From: Blastocystis sp. Blastoise
Lineage: Eukaryota; Protista; Bigyra: Opalinata
Assembly: GCA_039096225.1 (NCBI GenBank)
Contig: JBBPEB010000002.1
Location: 434,001 to 498,000 of the forward strand
DNA length: 64,000 nucleotides
Direction: 5' to 3'
The notes beneath the pieces were generated by a model. That model was given only the letters and a program-made list of their open reading frames with translations. It did no database searches and was not told the DNA's origin. The position numbers and the translations under genes are program-made. Numbering within the stretch: position 1 is the first letter of the stretch; every line of letters begins with the position of its first letter. Positions 15,661-27,890 of this stretch are shown piece after piece.

Positions 15661-15728
15661 TCTTATATCAGGAATTGAACCTGATTACAATTATAAAATA
15701 ATTGTAACTCTCCATATAGAGTATAAGA
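15661..15728 (-). ncRNA. tRNA-like cloverleaf within Helitron H1 (atypical; TTT at the anticodon position)
   Basis: Minus strand: TCTTATA / CTCT-ATATGG-AGAG / TTACAATT-ATTTTAT-AATTGTAA / TCAGG-TTCAATT-CCTGA / TATAAGA; all four stems fully Watson-Crick; B-box GGTTCAATTCC. Expression unknown. Confidence 0.6.
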
Positions 15729-16603
15729 AATTAATATTTAATAAATAATATATATAATATATAATATATAATATATAATATATAATATATAATATATAAT
15801 AAATGACTCATATTAAAAACTATATATATAATATATAAGATAAAAGATAAATAAATATTCTTTATATACTCTTTATGCAGCCGCGGTCCGGGGCCGTTAG
15901 GCACTGGACCTGCGGCGTGACCCTAGTAATAATAAATATAATAATAATAATAATAATAGTAATAATAATAATACTAAATAATATACACAAACAAAAGAAA
16001 TGATAATTTACCTATATAATACCAATAATCGTTATTATTATAAAAGGAATATAATAATAATAATCTACATCAATAAATAAAGAGTTATTTACCTATAATA
16101 ATAATAGTAATAATAGTAATATATGATAAGGTATATAATATACTAAACATGAGTGTATTGATTGATAAATCATTGAGAATTGAGTGTGATGTTAATAACA
16201 TTCAAAATGCTAGCTATATACATAAAATAACTAAATTAGCAAGTTTTTAATAAAAATAAATGAAATATAATGAAATATTAAATAATATATACATAATAAT
16301 GAAATAATTGTTAATAAAAAATAAATGATAACAGCAATATAAAAAAAAAGAACTAAAATTTGAAAAGATTTTTATTATTGTTTGTATAAAAAAAAATATT
16401 TATCGCAAAAAATTTCTAGAAATTTCTCAAATAATCATATATAGACAAATATTTACCAATGATATTTTTTATAATTTATGGCTATTATTTTTCAGTACTA
16501 CTTCGTCATAACAAATCTTTAAATTCGTGATTATGACGCTATTATTTTTGTAGGAAAATGTGTTTTTATCAAATGCGTCATCCATTTTCTTCCAATCATA
16601 TTT

Positions 16604-17333
16604 CTAAATATATATATTTGATTTTATATATTTTATATATGTAAATACTAAAAACGAGTTTTTGATTATTTTTTTATCAATTATTACTTCTCCGCTACTA
16701 TTAATAATATTGAAACCAAAGGATGAAGGCAAATTCCCATTTTTCTTTTTATCATAGAGAGCATCTTTTACAATTCTTATAATTATATAATCATCTACTC
16801 TACTTTTTTCAAATGACAGCATATACTCTTTTATAATCAGTAAAATTAAAATTAAAAGTCTGTTTTCATCATCTATGTAAATATTTTCTTTGTCATTTTT
16901 GAAAATATGTTCAGCATCCTTTAGATCACGATCAGTCAATACATAAGGTAAAACCCTGAGGCATTTCTATTTAAAAAATCATGATTAAAAAAGAAAATTT
17001 AAAATTAGGATATAAAATACTTTTATTATTTTTGTAGAATGCATGCTTGACGTTACCTTTATTCCCCTTTTTAAAGCTTCTCGCCTAAATGCAATTTCTA
17101 AGTCATATGTTAAATAACTCTTTCCTTGAGAATCTAAAAAATAATATCATGAATACAAAGAAAAAACTACTATCTGTATCAGAATGAGCTAATCCATTGA
17201 AGAATTCATGACTAGCATGTAGAAGTTCAACTTTAAACTTCTTAATTTTTTTGGTTTCTTCATTTGTTAAAGATTTCTGCCTTTATTGTTTTTCTAATAG
17301 GTTATACATACGATATAAATACTTTTTTGGCAT
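16604..17333 (-). CDS. CACTA-B divergent companion gene (homologue of 2921-3641); 3' end may extend further
   Basis: ATG at 17333: MPKKQKSLTNEETKKIKKFKVELLHASHEF, LFTYDLEIAFRREALKRGIKVTS, LLILILLIIKEYMLSF..VDDYIIIRIVKDALYDK..FGFNII. Confidence 0.7.
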
Positions 17334-19527
17334 CTCGTAGCTTTTAAAATGATATAAAAGAGAAAAAGTATTATTTTTAGTATTTTGCTTTAAATATTTT
17401 GATTTTCTTTTTATACAAATAAGTTGTGTAATGGTTAAATATCAAATATTAATTCTTAAATATTTATCTCTAGTTTGAGAAAACATTGTGTTTTTAAGTT
17501 TTATGTCATAATACGTTTACAATCTACTATTTTTAGTCTCAATTTTATAAAATTAGTAAAAAAACACATAAATTTTATTATTATTATATTAAAATACAAT
17601 GAATAATTCAAATATGTGTGCATTATATATATATAATAAAGCTAATAAAAGAATCAAAATATTTTTAATTTTTTGTTTTAATAATAATTACTCAGGAATA
17701 AAAACTCATAAGCTAATAATAATCTTTTCATATTTCATTTAAATAAATTACATTAAAAGAAATATGATAATTGATTATAAATAAATATTTATTCATACGA
17801 CAAGCTTCACAACAAAAAAGTAAAATAGAGTAGAATCTTTACATATTCCCGTAAATATGAATTATTTCTATTTCAATATAACTTTGAATACAAGCTGAAA
17901 TATATATTAAATACAGGTCTTATATTTCTTAATATATATTTAAAAAGCACGAAAATACTTAAAATAGTCATAAAAATAGTATAATACACAAAATATAAAT
18001 ACTGATCATAATTATTCTTTTATAGACTGAATAATCACAGAGAACTGTGTTAATAACATAAGGAAGAAGCTCATTATAACATTTAGAAATCTATTACACT
18101 TTAATATATCCATATAGTGAATTATTAGTTCTAAATTGAGAAATGTCAAATAGAGAATATAAAGGTAGTGGCTATAAAGCTAAAAGAAGAACAATATCAC
18201 GTTTACGAACATTATTTGATAGTCTACCGGAATTAGTTTTAAACAATTCTCCTACTGCAACTTATAATGATAGTGTCGAAAATGATGAGATTTATGAAGA
18301 GAGCTTTAGTAATAATCAGGAGTTGTTGGTAGAAAAATTAATAGAATCAATACTAAATGATAAAGTATATATATATATATAAATTGTATAGAAAGTATTA
18401 TTGTTTCTCTTTAGAATCAAATAAAGGATATACATAAAGGAAATATAGAACGAATTGAAGAGGTAATACTTAATTGTTGGATATCATTAAAAACTAGCAT
18501 GCAAAACATCAAGCCTTTATTTGAACTTGTGAATAAAATAATAGATATTTTGTCTCTACCAATAAATAAACTTACTATTCCAAAAAATGGTCAAGAGGCT
18601 GTTAGAAGATTGATGAAATATGCTCAATATAGACCAACTCAGCGAAATATTTATCTTTGTAGTTCATGTAACTCTTTTATTGGTTTTAATAAAGGACAGA
18701 AACAGATTGATAGAAGTAAAAGAAAGTGTAAAGACTTATCATGTAAAGTCTCCAAATGTAAATATCTTATTATTATTTAAATATTTATACTTATTATTAA
18801 TACTTATATAAAGGTAGAAAGATAACAATAATACCTTTGATTCCTAGGATACGTGTTCTTCTACGTTCCCCTTTATTGATCAATGATATTAGCTACTTTA
18901 CCAAAGAAGATGTTTTGAATATAATAAGATGTAATAATAAATCTGAATTTAAAGGTCCAATGTATTTAATGAGTAAAAACTATAAACAATATATAGATAA
19001 GGTAATCAACAATGGTGATATCTTTCTTGTGTTTACTCTAACCTGTGATGGAATAAGCATTTTCTCTCATTCACTTAGCGAATATAATAAATCATCATTT
19101 CCAATATTATTAAAATTATTAAACTATAACTATAAAAGACAATATGATAAACGAACTTTCTGGACATATACAGTTTCCTCTGAGAATTTTAGTGATAATA
19201 TACTCTCTATAATTGTTGAAGAGTTTAAACAATTAGAAAAGGGTATAGATATGGATGTTTATATTCATGGTATGTTACAAAGGAAAAAAGTTGTTTCAAT
19301 TCTATTGAATGTTTCTGGAGATTGCGCTGCAATATCAAGCATTGGACATTTTACAGGATCAGCTTCTTCTTTTCCTTGCAGATGTTGTGAGTTGGAGTGG
19401 AAACGTGATGATAAGAGTTTTCATCAAGGCATTAAGTGCTCCTTTTCGCATGTGTCTGATCTCGTAAATAAAGATGAGATGACAGACCAACTTCACAGCA
19501 TCAGATTTCCAATTATGCCATATAAAG

Positions 19528-20574
19528 GTATATTATTATTATATCAATTTATTATATTAATAGTAGTACATCTATTTATTATATTAATAGTATTATTACA
19601 TCTATTTATTATATTAATAGTATTATTACATCTATTTATTATATTAATAGTATTATTACATCTATTTATTATATTAATAGTATTATTACATCTATTTATT
19701 ATATTAATAGTATTATTACATCTATTTATTATATTAATAGTATTATTACATCTATTTATTATATTAATAGTATTATTACATCAATTTATTATATTAATAG
19801 TATTATTACATCAATTTATTATATTAATAGTATTATTACATCTATTTATTATATTAATAGTATTATTACATCTATTTATTATATTAATAGTATTATTACA
19901 TCTATTTATTATATTAATAGTATTATTACATCTATTTATTATATTAATAGTAGTACATCTATTTATTATATTAATAGTATTATTACATCTATTTATTATA
20001 TTAATAGTATTATTACATCTATTTATTATATTAATAGTATTATTACATCTATTTATTATATTAATAGTATTATTACATCTATTTATTATATTAATATTAT
20101 TACATCAATTTATTATATTAATATTATTATATCTATTTATTATATTAATATTATTATATCTATTTATTATATTAATATTATTACATCTATTTATTATATT
20201 AATACTATTACATCTATTTATTATATTAATATTATTATATCTATTTATTATATTAATACTATTACATCTATTTATTATATTAATACTATTACATCTATTT
20301 ATTATATTAATATTATTACATCTATTTATTATATTAATACTATTACATCTATTTATTATATTAATATTATTACATCTATTTATTATATTAATACTATTAC
20401 ATCTATTTATTATATTAATATTATTACATCTATTTATTATATTAATACTATTACATCTATTTATTATATTAATATTATTATATCTATTTATTATATTAAT
20501 ATTATTACATCTATTTATTATATTAATATTATTACATCAATTTATTATATTAATATTATTATACATATATATAG
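19528..20574 (+). repeat. Intron expanded by a 30-bp then 27-bp minisatellite (tattattacatctatttattatattaatag)
   Basis: GT at 19528, AG at 20574; splicing gives YK-D-NEEKH; 1047 bp, stop-free in frame. Confidence 0.85.
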
Positions 20575-21821
20575 ACAATGAAGAAAAGCATTATACTGTT
20601 TTAGTTAATTCATTGCCTAATAAAATTTGCTATAATGATGCATACTCTACGAATACATACCAAAATAGAACTTATGAGTCTATTAAACAGTATAGACTTT
20701 TCGGTATACAGGATGGATCATTTAAGGGTATAAAATGTGTACCAAGCTGTTTCGAAAGATTATCTTACTTTGATACATCATCAAGTTTTCCCATAGATAC
20801 GATGCATCTCTTTAACAACATTGTTACACTTCTTCTTTCTTTATTATTTCATTACAATTCAGATAAATACTCTTCTTTAATAGCCAAGACATTTTTAAAT
20901 AATGAAAACGAAAATGAAGATATAGATAATACATCCCATAGCGTAAACACTGAAAATAATAATGAAGCTACCTCTAATTATGCAAAAGTTAAAGCAGATA
21001 AAATAGTATCTGGTTTTCGTCTTAACAAGGAAAATATGAATATACTTAACACTCGGATAAATGATATTAACACGTTTTACAATAAGTACGAATATAAATT
21101 CCGATTTGCTCTAAATGAGAAGAAATTTTGGTATTTATCATCTCATACAAGAATCTTTTTTTTCTCTGTTATATTACCTTTAATAACTAACGATTTTAAT
21201 ATGAAAGACTCTCCCATTATATTATTGATAAATCCTTTAGCGACGATAATACGTATAATAGAAATAGAATCTCTATCATTATCTAATGATTCAATAGACA
21301 TTCTACAAAGACAATGCTATCTATTTTGTTTTTAATGTGACCTATTGCTCCCAAAAGAAATTATCAACAGTCAGATACATTTAATTCAGCATCTTTCAGA
21401 TTCTATTAAGTCTAATGGATCTTCAACTTATGGATGTACTTATCAATCGGAACGATTTTATTCACATATAAAACGAATGACTTTCGGAAGGCTATGTTTC
21501 AATGAATCAAGTTTAAGATGTTTAGTACAAGATGAGATTTGTAATATTAATATTAATAATAATGTATTTGATATAAATAATAATCATAATAATATTGATT
21601 ATCCTTTAATATTAAACGAATCACAAAATATAACGGAAAATAATAGTTATTCCTTTCCAGAATTTAGAAAAATTGTCTATACAAGCAATAGTAATATCGT
21701 AAATTTTAGAGGATTAAGAGAAGCATCGAATAAAACATTGAACGAAGAAGAAATATATTATCTACTTAAAGAATTACTTTTATCAGGGAATATGGAAATA
21801 AAAAAAATATTATTAACCAAT

Positions 21822-22014
21822 CAGTGACTTCCAAAAGGCCCTTTTTTTTTGCGGTGCCGCAATTGTCACAGAAAAATGTGACACTTTTGTTAATTTTTGA
21901 CAGTGTAAAAATATTTATTATTATATTAAGTCATATTAAGTCTGACTTAAAGAGACTTTATGTGACTGTCAAAAAAAGTCACCGCAAGTGTCACAAAAAG
22001 TCGGGAAGGCACTG
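21822..22014 (+). mobile_element. 193-bp hAT-type MITE, copy 1
   Basis: TIR cagtgacttcc / ggaaggcactg (10/11); 8-bp TSD taaccaat (21814-21821, 22015-22022); almost identical to 41816-42008. Confidence 0.93.
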
Positions 22015-22880
22015 TAACCAATATAAATATAGATAATACTACAAATCTATTAGATCTATTAGACTCTGTGCTATCTTATACAAGATTAAAGGAAAACATG
22101 AAGTTGTTACAAATGTATTATTATTCCGAAATATTAGTAAATGAAAATTTAGTTTTTACTTCTACAGATGAATATGAAGGTGTTGAAAAAATTGATAACT
22201 CATATATCGCGTATTCACTGGATAAAGATCATCCAAAAGACTCTATTCATTTGATAAAAGCACTATACTATATTCAGATATATGATGTAGTCCTAATTAG
22301 AAAACATGAATATCCTCAGCCACATAAATCAACCACTAATATATTTTTCATTATAAATGACTCAAATAATGTAGTACCTTCGAATTCAAAATATGGATCA
22401 CCTTTTTTATCATTAACTCATATTATACCTGATAATATGGTAGTTTCTGATATACATAATAATAATATAGATGAGGAATCACATTCTAAAGTATATACTA
22501 CTTATTCATATATATATATTAATACTATTAATGTTTATCATAGACAAATATTCGAAAGAACCAATCCAGTATTCCAGTTTATAATCCGGAATCAATTCAA
22601 ACATCAACAGTATTTACTTCACGTTATTTAGAATCAATCAAATCATTTTTTTAATTTTTCTGTTATATTTATAATATAGTTTATTAATCAATAATCTCTA
22701 TAAGATTTATTATATATATTTTATGTATATTTTCTAAATAGTATTTATAATAACTGCAACATCGGTTTATTCTTTTGTTTATTAATAATATAAATTTATG
22801 TTTATATCTAGTTAATTACAAGCATTGTAATTAAACGTAAGAATGCACCATATTTTCATATAATCAGTATATAAGTGTCA

Positions 22881-22922
<42 letters not shown>

Positions 22923-23199
22923 ATTTTGAAAAATTCATATAACTTAAGACATTACTCCATGTATTAAAAAGATGACATATTGCAATTTTAGATTAACACT
23001 CAGCTGTATATCGTAATAGAAATTGTTCTTATCATTTCAACATTTTGCTAATCAATTTAGCTTTATTTTATTCATATATTTATTCTTTAACATGCAAAGG
23101 TACATATCAATAATAATAATATTACGCACTTATTTTTGAACGAAGGAATACAATAAATCATTTATAGAAGAAAAAAGTAATAAGGAAGATATGGAAGTT

Positions 23200-25620
23200 A
23201 CATTAAGTTTATATTTACAAAAGAATACAAAAAGGAGAGCGACTAGGATAAAGATAAAAACGTTAAGATAATCATACACGTTTTAAAAGAAAGGTAAACA
23301 GAAGGAATTAAAATAATCTATGAAAAAAATAAGAATACTGATTATGGACAGCAATAGATATCCAAAAGAAATAATTGGAGAAAAGTTAAAAAGGAAAAAT
23401 CAAGTAATGATGAAGAGTAAGTATAGTAACACTAACTAATTAGGATAGAAATGGATTAGTACAAGAATACAAATATATAAATCCCAAAAAGAGTAGAAAA
23501 AGAAACAAGACACAAATAGGAGTAGAGAAGCAGGTATAAAAGCAAAAATTAGAAGATAAAGATAAATAAGAAGGATTAGAAGAAGAAGAGGAAGACAGAG
23601 TAAAAGAAGAAGAAGAATGAGTAGAGAAAATGCTAGTAAGAAAGTACAACGTGACTAAAAATATCATGAAATAAAATATAAGTTGATAAATAGTCGTATA
23701 ATTATTGTATCATCAGGAATAATAAAGAAATATTATACGATAATAAAGCGTAACTGAATAGTATTAATGATATGTATTGAAAACAAGAAGTATCATATTT
23801 GTTGGAAATCTTCACGAATGTGAAACAAAAAGAAAACAGCTTTAGAAATTAAAACAAAATTGTTTTTAGAAAAAGTACAATTTGAATAAGATAAAGAATA
23901 TTAAAGTAGCAACAATTTCATGAGGAATAGGAAAAACTATAAGAATAACAAGAAACAGAATGAAGAGTAATAAATTAAGGAGAAGAAATGAAAAATAGTA
24001 GTATCAAAATATGATCAATGAAGTAAAAACGGAAAGAGAAACATCAATTTAACACTGAATGAAAAGAGTATTAGACACAATGAAAAATAATAAATATAAT
24101 AAAAGAAAGAAGCGAATGTAATAAATAAGCCAAAAATAAACATAGAAGAAAACTATGATATATACTAAGATGATTAGTATAGGAAAAAAATTAAGATGAA
24201 GACAAGAACATAATATCAAAAATACTAGAGTATAAGAAGAATTAGAATCATTGATATTTGCATATTCGTATAATCAATAATAGAAGAGGATGAATAATGG
24301 ATAAAGTATGAAGATTAAAAAAATAATTAGTGACAAAAAGAAGAGTCAGTATTATTGAGAAGATACATATGAGTAGACATAGCTATACCAGAAGCGACTA
24401 TTGGAGTATTAAAGCCAGAAATACATAATATCAAAGATAGGTAGTAAATAACCTTAAATAAACAAGATAAATATGAAGATTAGAATATAAGTACAGACTA
24501 AGTAATAAAAATAAATAGTTGTACAGATGATTAGCTAAGTAATAATACATGTATTAGAAACGTATATAAAGAAAGAAAAAACGAATTTAATAAGGAGAAA
24601 AATACCATTATTAAAGTAGAAAGATATAAACAATAAAAAAAGATAAAGAAGGAATTAACCTAAACATATTAAAGAAAATACAAAGAGAATCATAAATAGA
24701 ACAAGAAGAGTAAAGTGTAAGAAAGAAAATGAAGATTAAAAATATAAGAAAAGAATAAATGAATGAATTATTATGAAGTTAGCCTAAAATTAAAAACGAT
24801 GAAATAGTAGAAGAATATGGAGTATTTCTATTTTGACATTTAAAAAATAAGGATAGAAGTGTCTGAACAAATAAAATCAATATTGAGTATTAGCAAAAAG
24901 TAGTAAGATAAGAAATAATTGTAAGAAACATTTAAGCGCAATATCGGAAGCAAAAGATAAGCTAATTAAAATATGATTGTAAAAAGGTGCCACAGACATG
25001 CGACTAATAAAAAGAGGGTAGTATTAGTAACATGAGAAACGGAAGAATTATTAATTTAGAAGCAGAAGAAACTATAGTATTATAAGCAATCATTTTAGAA
25101 GAGGAAAACCAACAAAGAAAAATATTAGCATATAACTATAGTTTGATTAAGCAATATAAAGAACAAGAAGAAGACTATTAAGACCAGAAATAGTAAAAAA
25201 AGCACTAATACTGGAGGAATAAAAGAATAGTATGAATAATAAGAATAGCATGAATATTATCAATAAATGATAAATGATCGAACTGATACGAATTGCTAAA
25301 TGTAACAACAAAGATAGTTGAATCTAGAAACTATCTAAATAATTATAGAAACTGTTAGAAGATAATAATTGCAACATAGTGTAAATTGAAGATGCTGAGA
25401 ATGTAGGAGAAAAATAGAATCTAAAAAGAAAGTACATCGTAGTTAAAGTGAAATGTTAAGGAGTAAAAATATTAAAAAAAAAATAAAATAACTAAAAACA
25501 TAAAGACAGAAGGAAGAAAAGAGATATAGCTAATCATAATAAAATTAGTAGTGTAAACAATTTCTGATAAGAATAAGTACCAAACTGAAGCGAAACAAAT
25601 AGGAAAGTAAAAACATAGGG
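23200..25620 (+). pseudogene. Decayed coding cargo in CACTA-B, weak resemblance to a USP (peptidase C19) His-box region
   Basis: Purine-rich with many stops; fragments PKINIEENYDIY, ELESLIFAYSYN, WIKYED around 24130-24320. No intact catalytic motif seen. Confidence 0.3.
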
Positions 25621-25956
25621 AAATATTTTAAGACCATTAGAAACTTATAGTTACGCTTATATAATAAAATAATCATAAAATCCTTTTTGATTTTTTTCGT
25701 AGATAACTACCTCTAAGGCGTTAATAGTATAATAATCAATGATATTAAATGAATTACAAAGAATCGTTTGAGTCTATTATTCAGTATAATGAAATATAGA
25801 AAAAAATATAGCAGGATAAATAATACATATAGCAAAAAGCTAATAATTATAATAATGTGTTTGGAAAGTCTTCTAGAAGAGATAATATTAACACAAGGAG
25901 AACTAGTAGTATTAATATCAGCAATAGAATTAATAATTTTCAAATAGAAAACTATG

Positions 25957-26098
<142 letters not shown>

Positions 26099-26299
26099 TA
26101 TGTATAAAATGTATATACTCTGATATTATATGGATAATGGATAGATTATTTAACGAGACAATATAGATAGAAGCTCATAATAATAGGTATATGATAACGT
26201 TCGCAATTGATAATTATCAATAAGATCCATAAATAATAAATTACTAATCATTATTTACACTTTAGATCAACATATTTTAAAAGATCCATTACTATATAA

Positions 26300-27115
26300 A
26301 TACAATCATGGTAATAAACAATTTCTATATATATACTAGTTATTTAGATTCATCTCTTTCTCTCTGTGGTTTAGTTTTTAATATTTACGTAACTATATCA
26401 AGAATCTTGTGGAAGTTACTATATATAATAGAATATAGATTAATATATAAGAATAATAATAAATAATATAACTATATACGTTTCAAATATATATTCAGGT
26501 AATTATAATTATATTATATTATGCATAACATAAAGAAGAACGAATTGTTTTTTGCTCATTTTTATTAGTATGTACTGTCTTTCTATATTAATAATACGTA
26601 ATAGTAATCAATATATATATATATATATATACTTTTAAGTTTAGATATCAATTCATTATATCTAGTACATAATACTCGGATTCTAACACGTATTTCATCA
26701 TTTATTATAGGACATTTTCCTTCATTATCTTCTTTTATTCCTTCTTCATCTTCATCTTTATCTGATCATCAATTTCTTCTAATATTTTCTCTTCTATATA
26801 AGTTTCTTTTTCTTTTTCATATTTTATATTCTTATCTTCAGTATTATTATCATTTTCAGCTTCAGTATCATCTCTTTCTCTCTCTCTTTCTAAGCATCTA
26901 GCTTGTTGTATAATTTCTTCTTCTTATTCTTTTTCATAAATTACTAACACAATCCCATTTACGTGTTGTCATCTTACTACCTATGCTTCTATTTCTTCAC
27001 TATATTCCTTCAAATCTTCTTTGCTAACATCAGATACACTAACTCTCCAGTTATATACTAAAGAACATAATACACGAATTATTACCTTCTCACCAAGTTT
27101 CTTATTCTCTATCTA
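26300..27115 (-). pseudogene. Decayed spliced host-gene fragment (Glu/Lys-rich) in CACTA-B
   Basis: Minus-strand exon-like stretches (NWRVSVSDVSKEDLKEYSEEIEA*, EEIIQQARCLERERERDDTEAEN) with stops, flanked by (AT)n introns. Confidence 0.4.
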
Positions 27116-27199
27116 TATATATACATAGGATATATAATAGAATAAACAATAATAAATAATAATATATAAATATTTTATATATATATTATTCTTATATAT

Positions 27200-27890
27200 A
27201 TATACCTTTTTAATGATATTTCCGAATTAGAATAATGTTTGAGACCAAGGAATAAGACGATTAAAAGCACCAAGAGTATTAATATTATAATGTCATTATT
27301 TCTATAAAGAATATGAAATATATTATAGTTATAACATTTATGAATAATAATAATAATAAATATAATAATAATTATAATATATATAAAAACAATAATATAT
27401 AAACTTACAATTTTAATTTTGAAAGGACACAACTAATGAGAACACACAGAAATGATTTCAAGAAAACTAATATTCTATATATAAAAAAAATAATATAGCA
27501 AGTATATAAAATAGGAAAATAGAAAAAATGAAAATAAAATCAATATTTTATATAGGAAAATAAAAAAATAAAAATTTGTTAATGCAAAAGAGGGAAAAAA
27601 AGTTGTAATTATATACCTTCAACAGTGTGCTGAGTGGTTATCCGACAATGTTTAGAATAAGAGTCATCAAAAAACCTAGAAAACAAAATAGAAAAAAAAA
27701 TGCAAAAAATACCTTTGTAAATATATAGAAGAAACGATTCTATTTGATAACACTTTTGGTAATAACCAAGGAAACTGTTTGACAGGAGACGAGAACCCAG
27801 AATGGAAAACCTAAAAGAATTATATAAAAAAGAAGGAAATATTTATTAAATATATACTTATAAAGGGGATACATATTCTAGAAACTCCTA
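27200..27890 (-). ncRNA. Putative spliced non-coding leader (5 short exons) at the right end of CACTA-B
   Basis: GC-richer 30-100 nt blocks bounded by tag| and |gta on the minus strand; intron and upstream scaffold homologous to 35300-36250 while the exons diverge. Confidence 0.5.

Larger units (their letters stand above)
13232..15926 (+). mobile_element. Non-autonomous Helitron H1 (~2.7 kb)
   Basis: 5' a|TCATTACTA; 3' GC-rich hairpin gccgcggtcc..ggacctgcggc then CTAG|t; inserted at A|T with no TSD; near-identical copy H2. Confidence 0.92.
12520..16095 (-). repeat. Tandem array of AAT-rich intron-like spacers plus 23-25-nt micro-exon-like units, split by Helitron H1
   Basis: Units read (minus) tag|exon|gtat, e.g. 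12661-12684, 12727-12749, 12816-12839, 12936-12959; the array resumes at ~15980-16095 after H1. Confidence 0.6.
18143..22654 (+). pseudogene. CACTA transposase B, disrupted by a nonsense codon (21333-21335) and a MITE insertion
   Basis: Same motifs and colinearity as transposase A (LTCDGISIF, GDCAAI..FPCRCC, IDTMH, HLIQHL..YQSERFY). TAA replaces Leu in CFLFCFLCE. Removing the MITE plus one TSD restores LLTNINIDNTT in frame. Confidence 0.88.

Noticed and set aside
19530-20560. CRISPR-like regular 30-bp repeats
   Set aside because: Head-to-tail repeats without spacers, eukaryotic context, no cas genes.
18837-21335. 832-aa multi-pass membrane protein (LLHLFIILIV repeats)
   Set aside because: The hydrophobic block is a translated intronic minisatellite inside a CACTA transposase.
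7300-25620. Reassigned TAA codon explaining many in-frame stops
   Set aside because: Intact genes end in TAA at homologous positions, the TAA at 21333 aligns with Leu, and decayed regions also show frameshifts.
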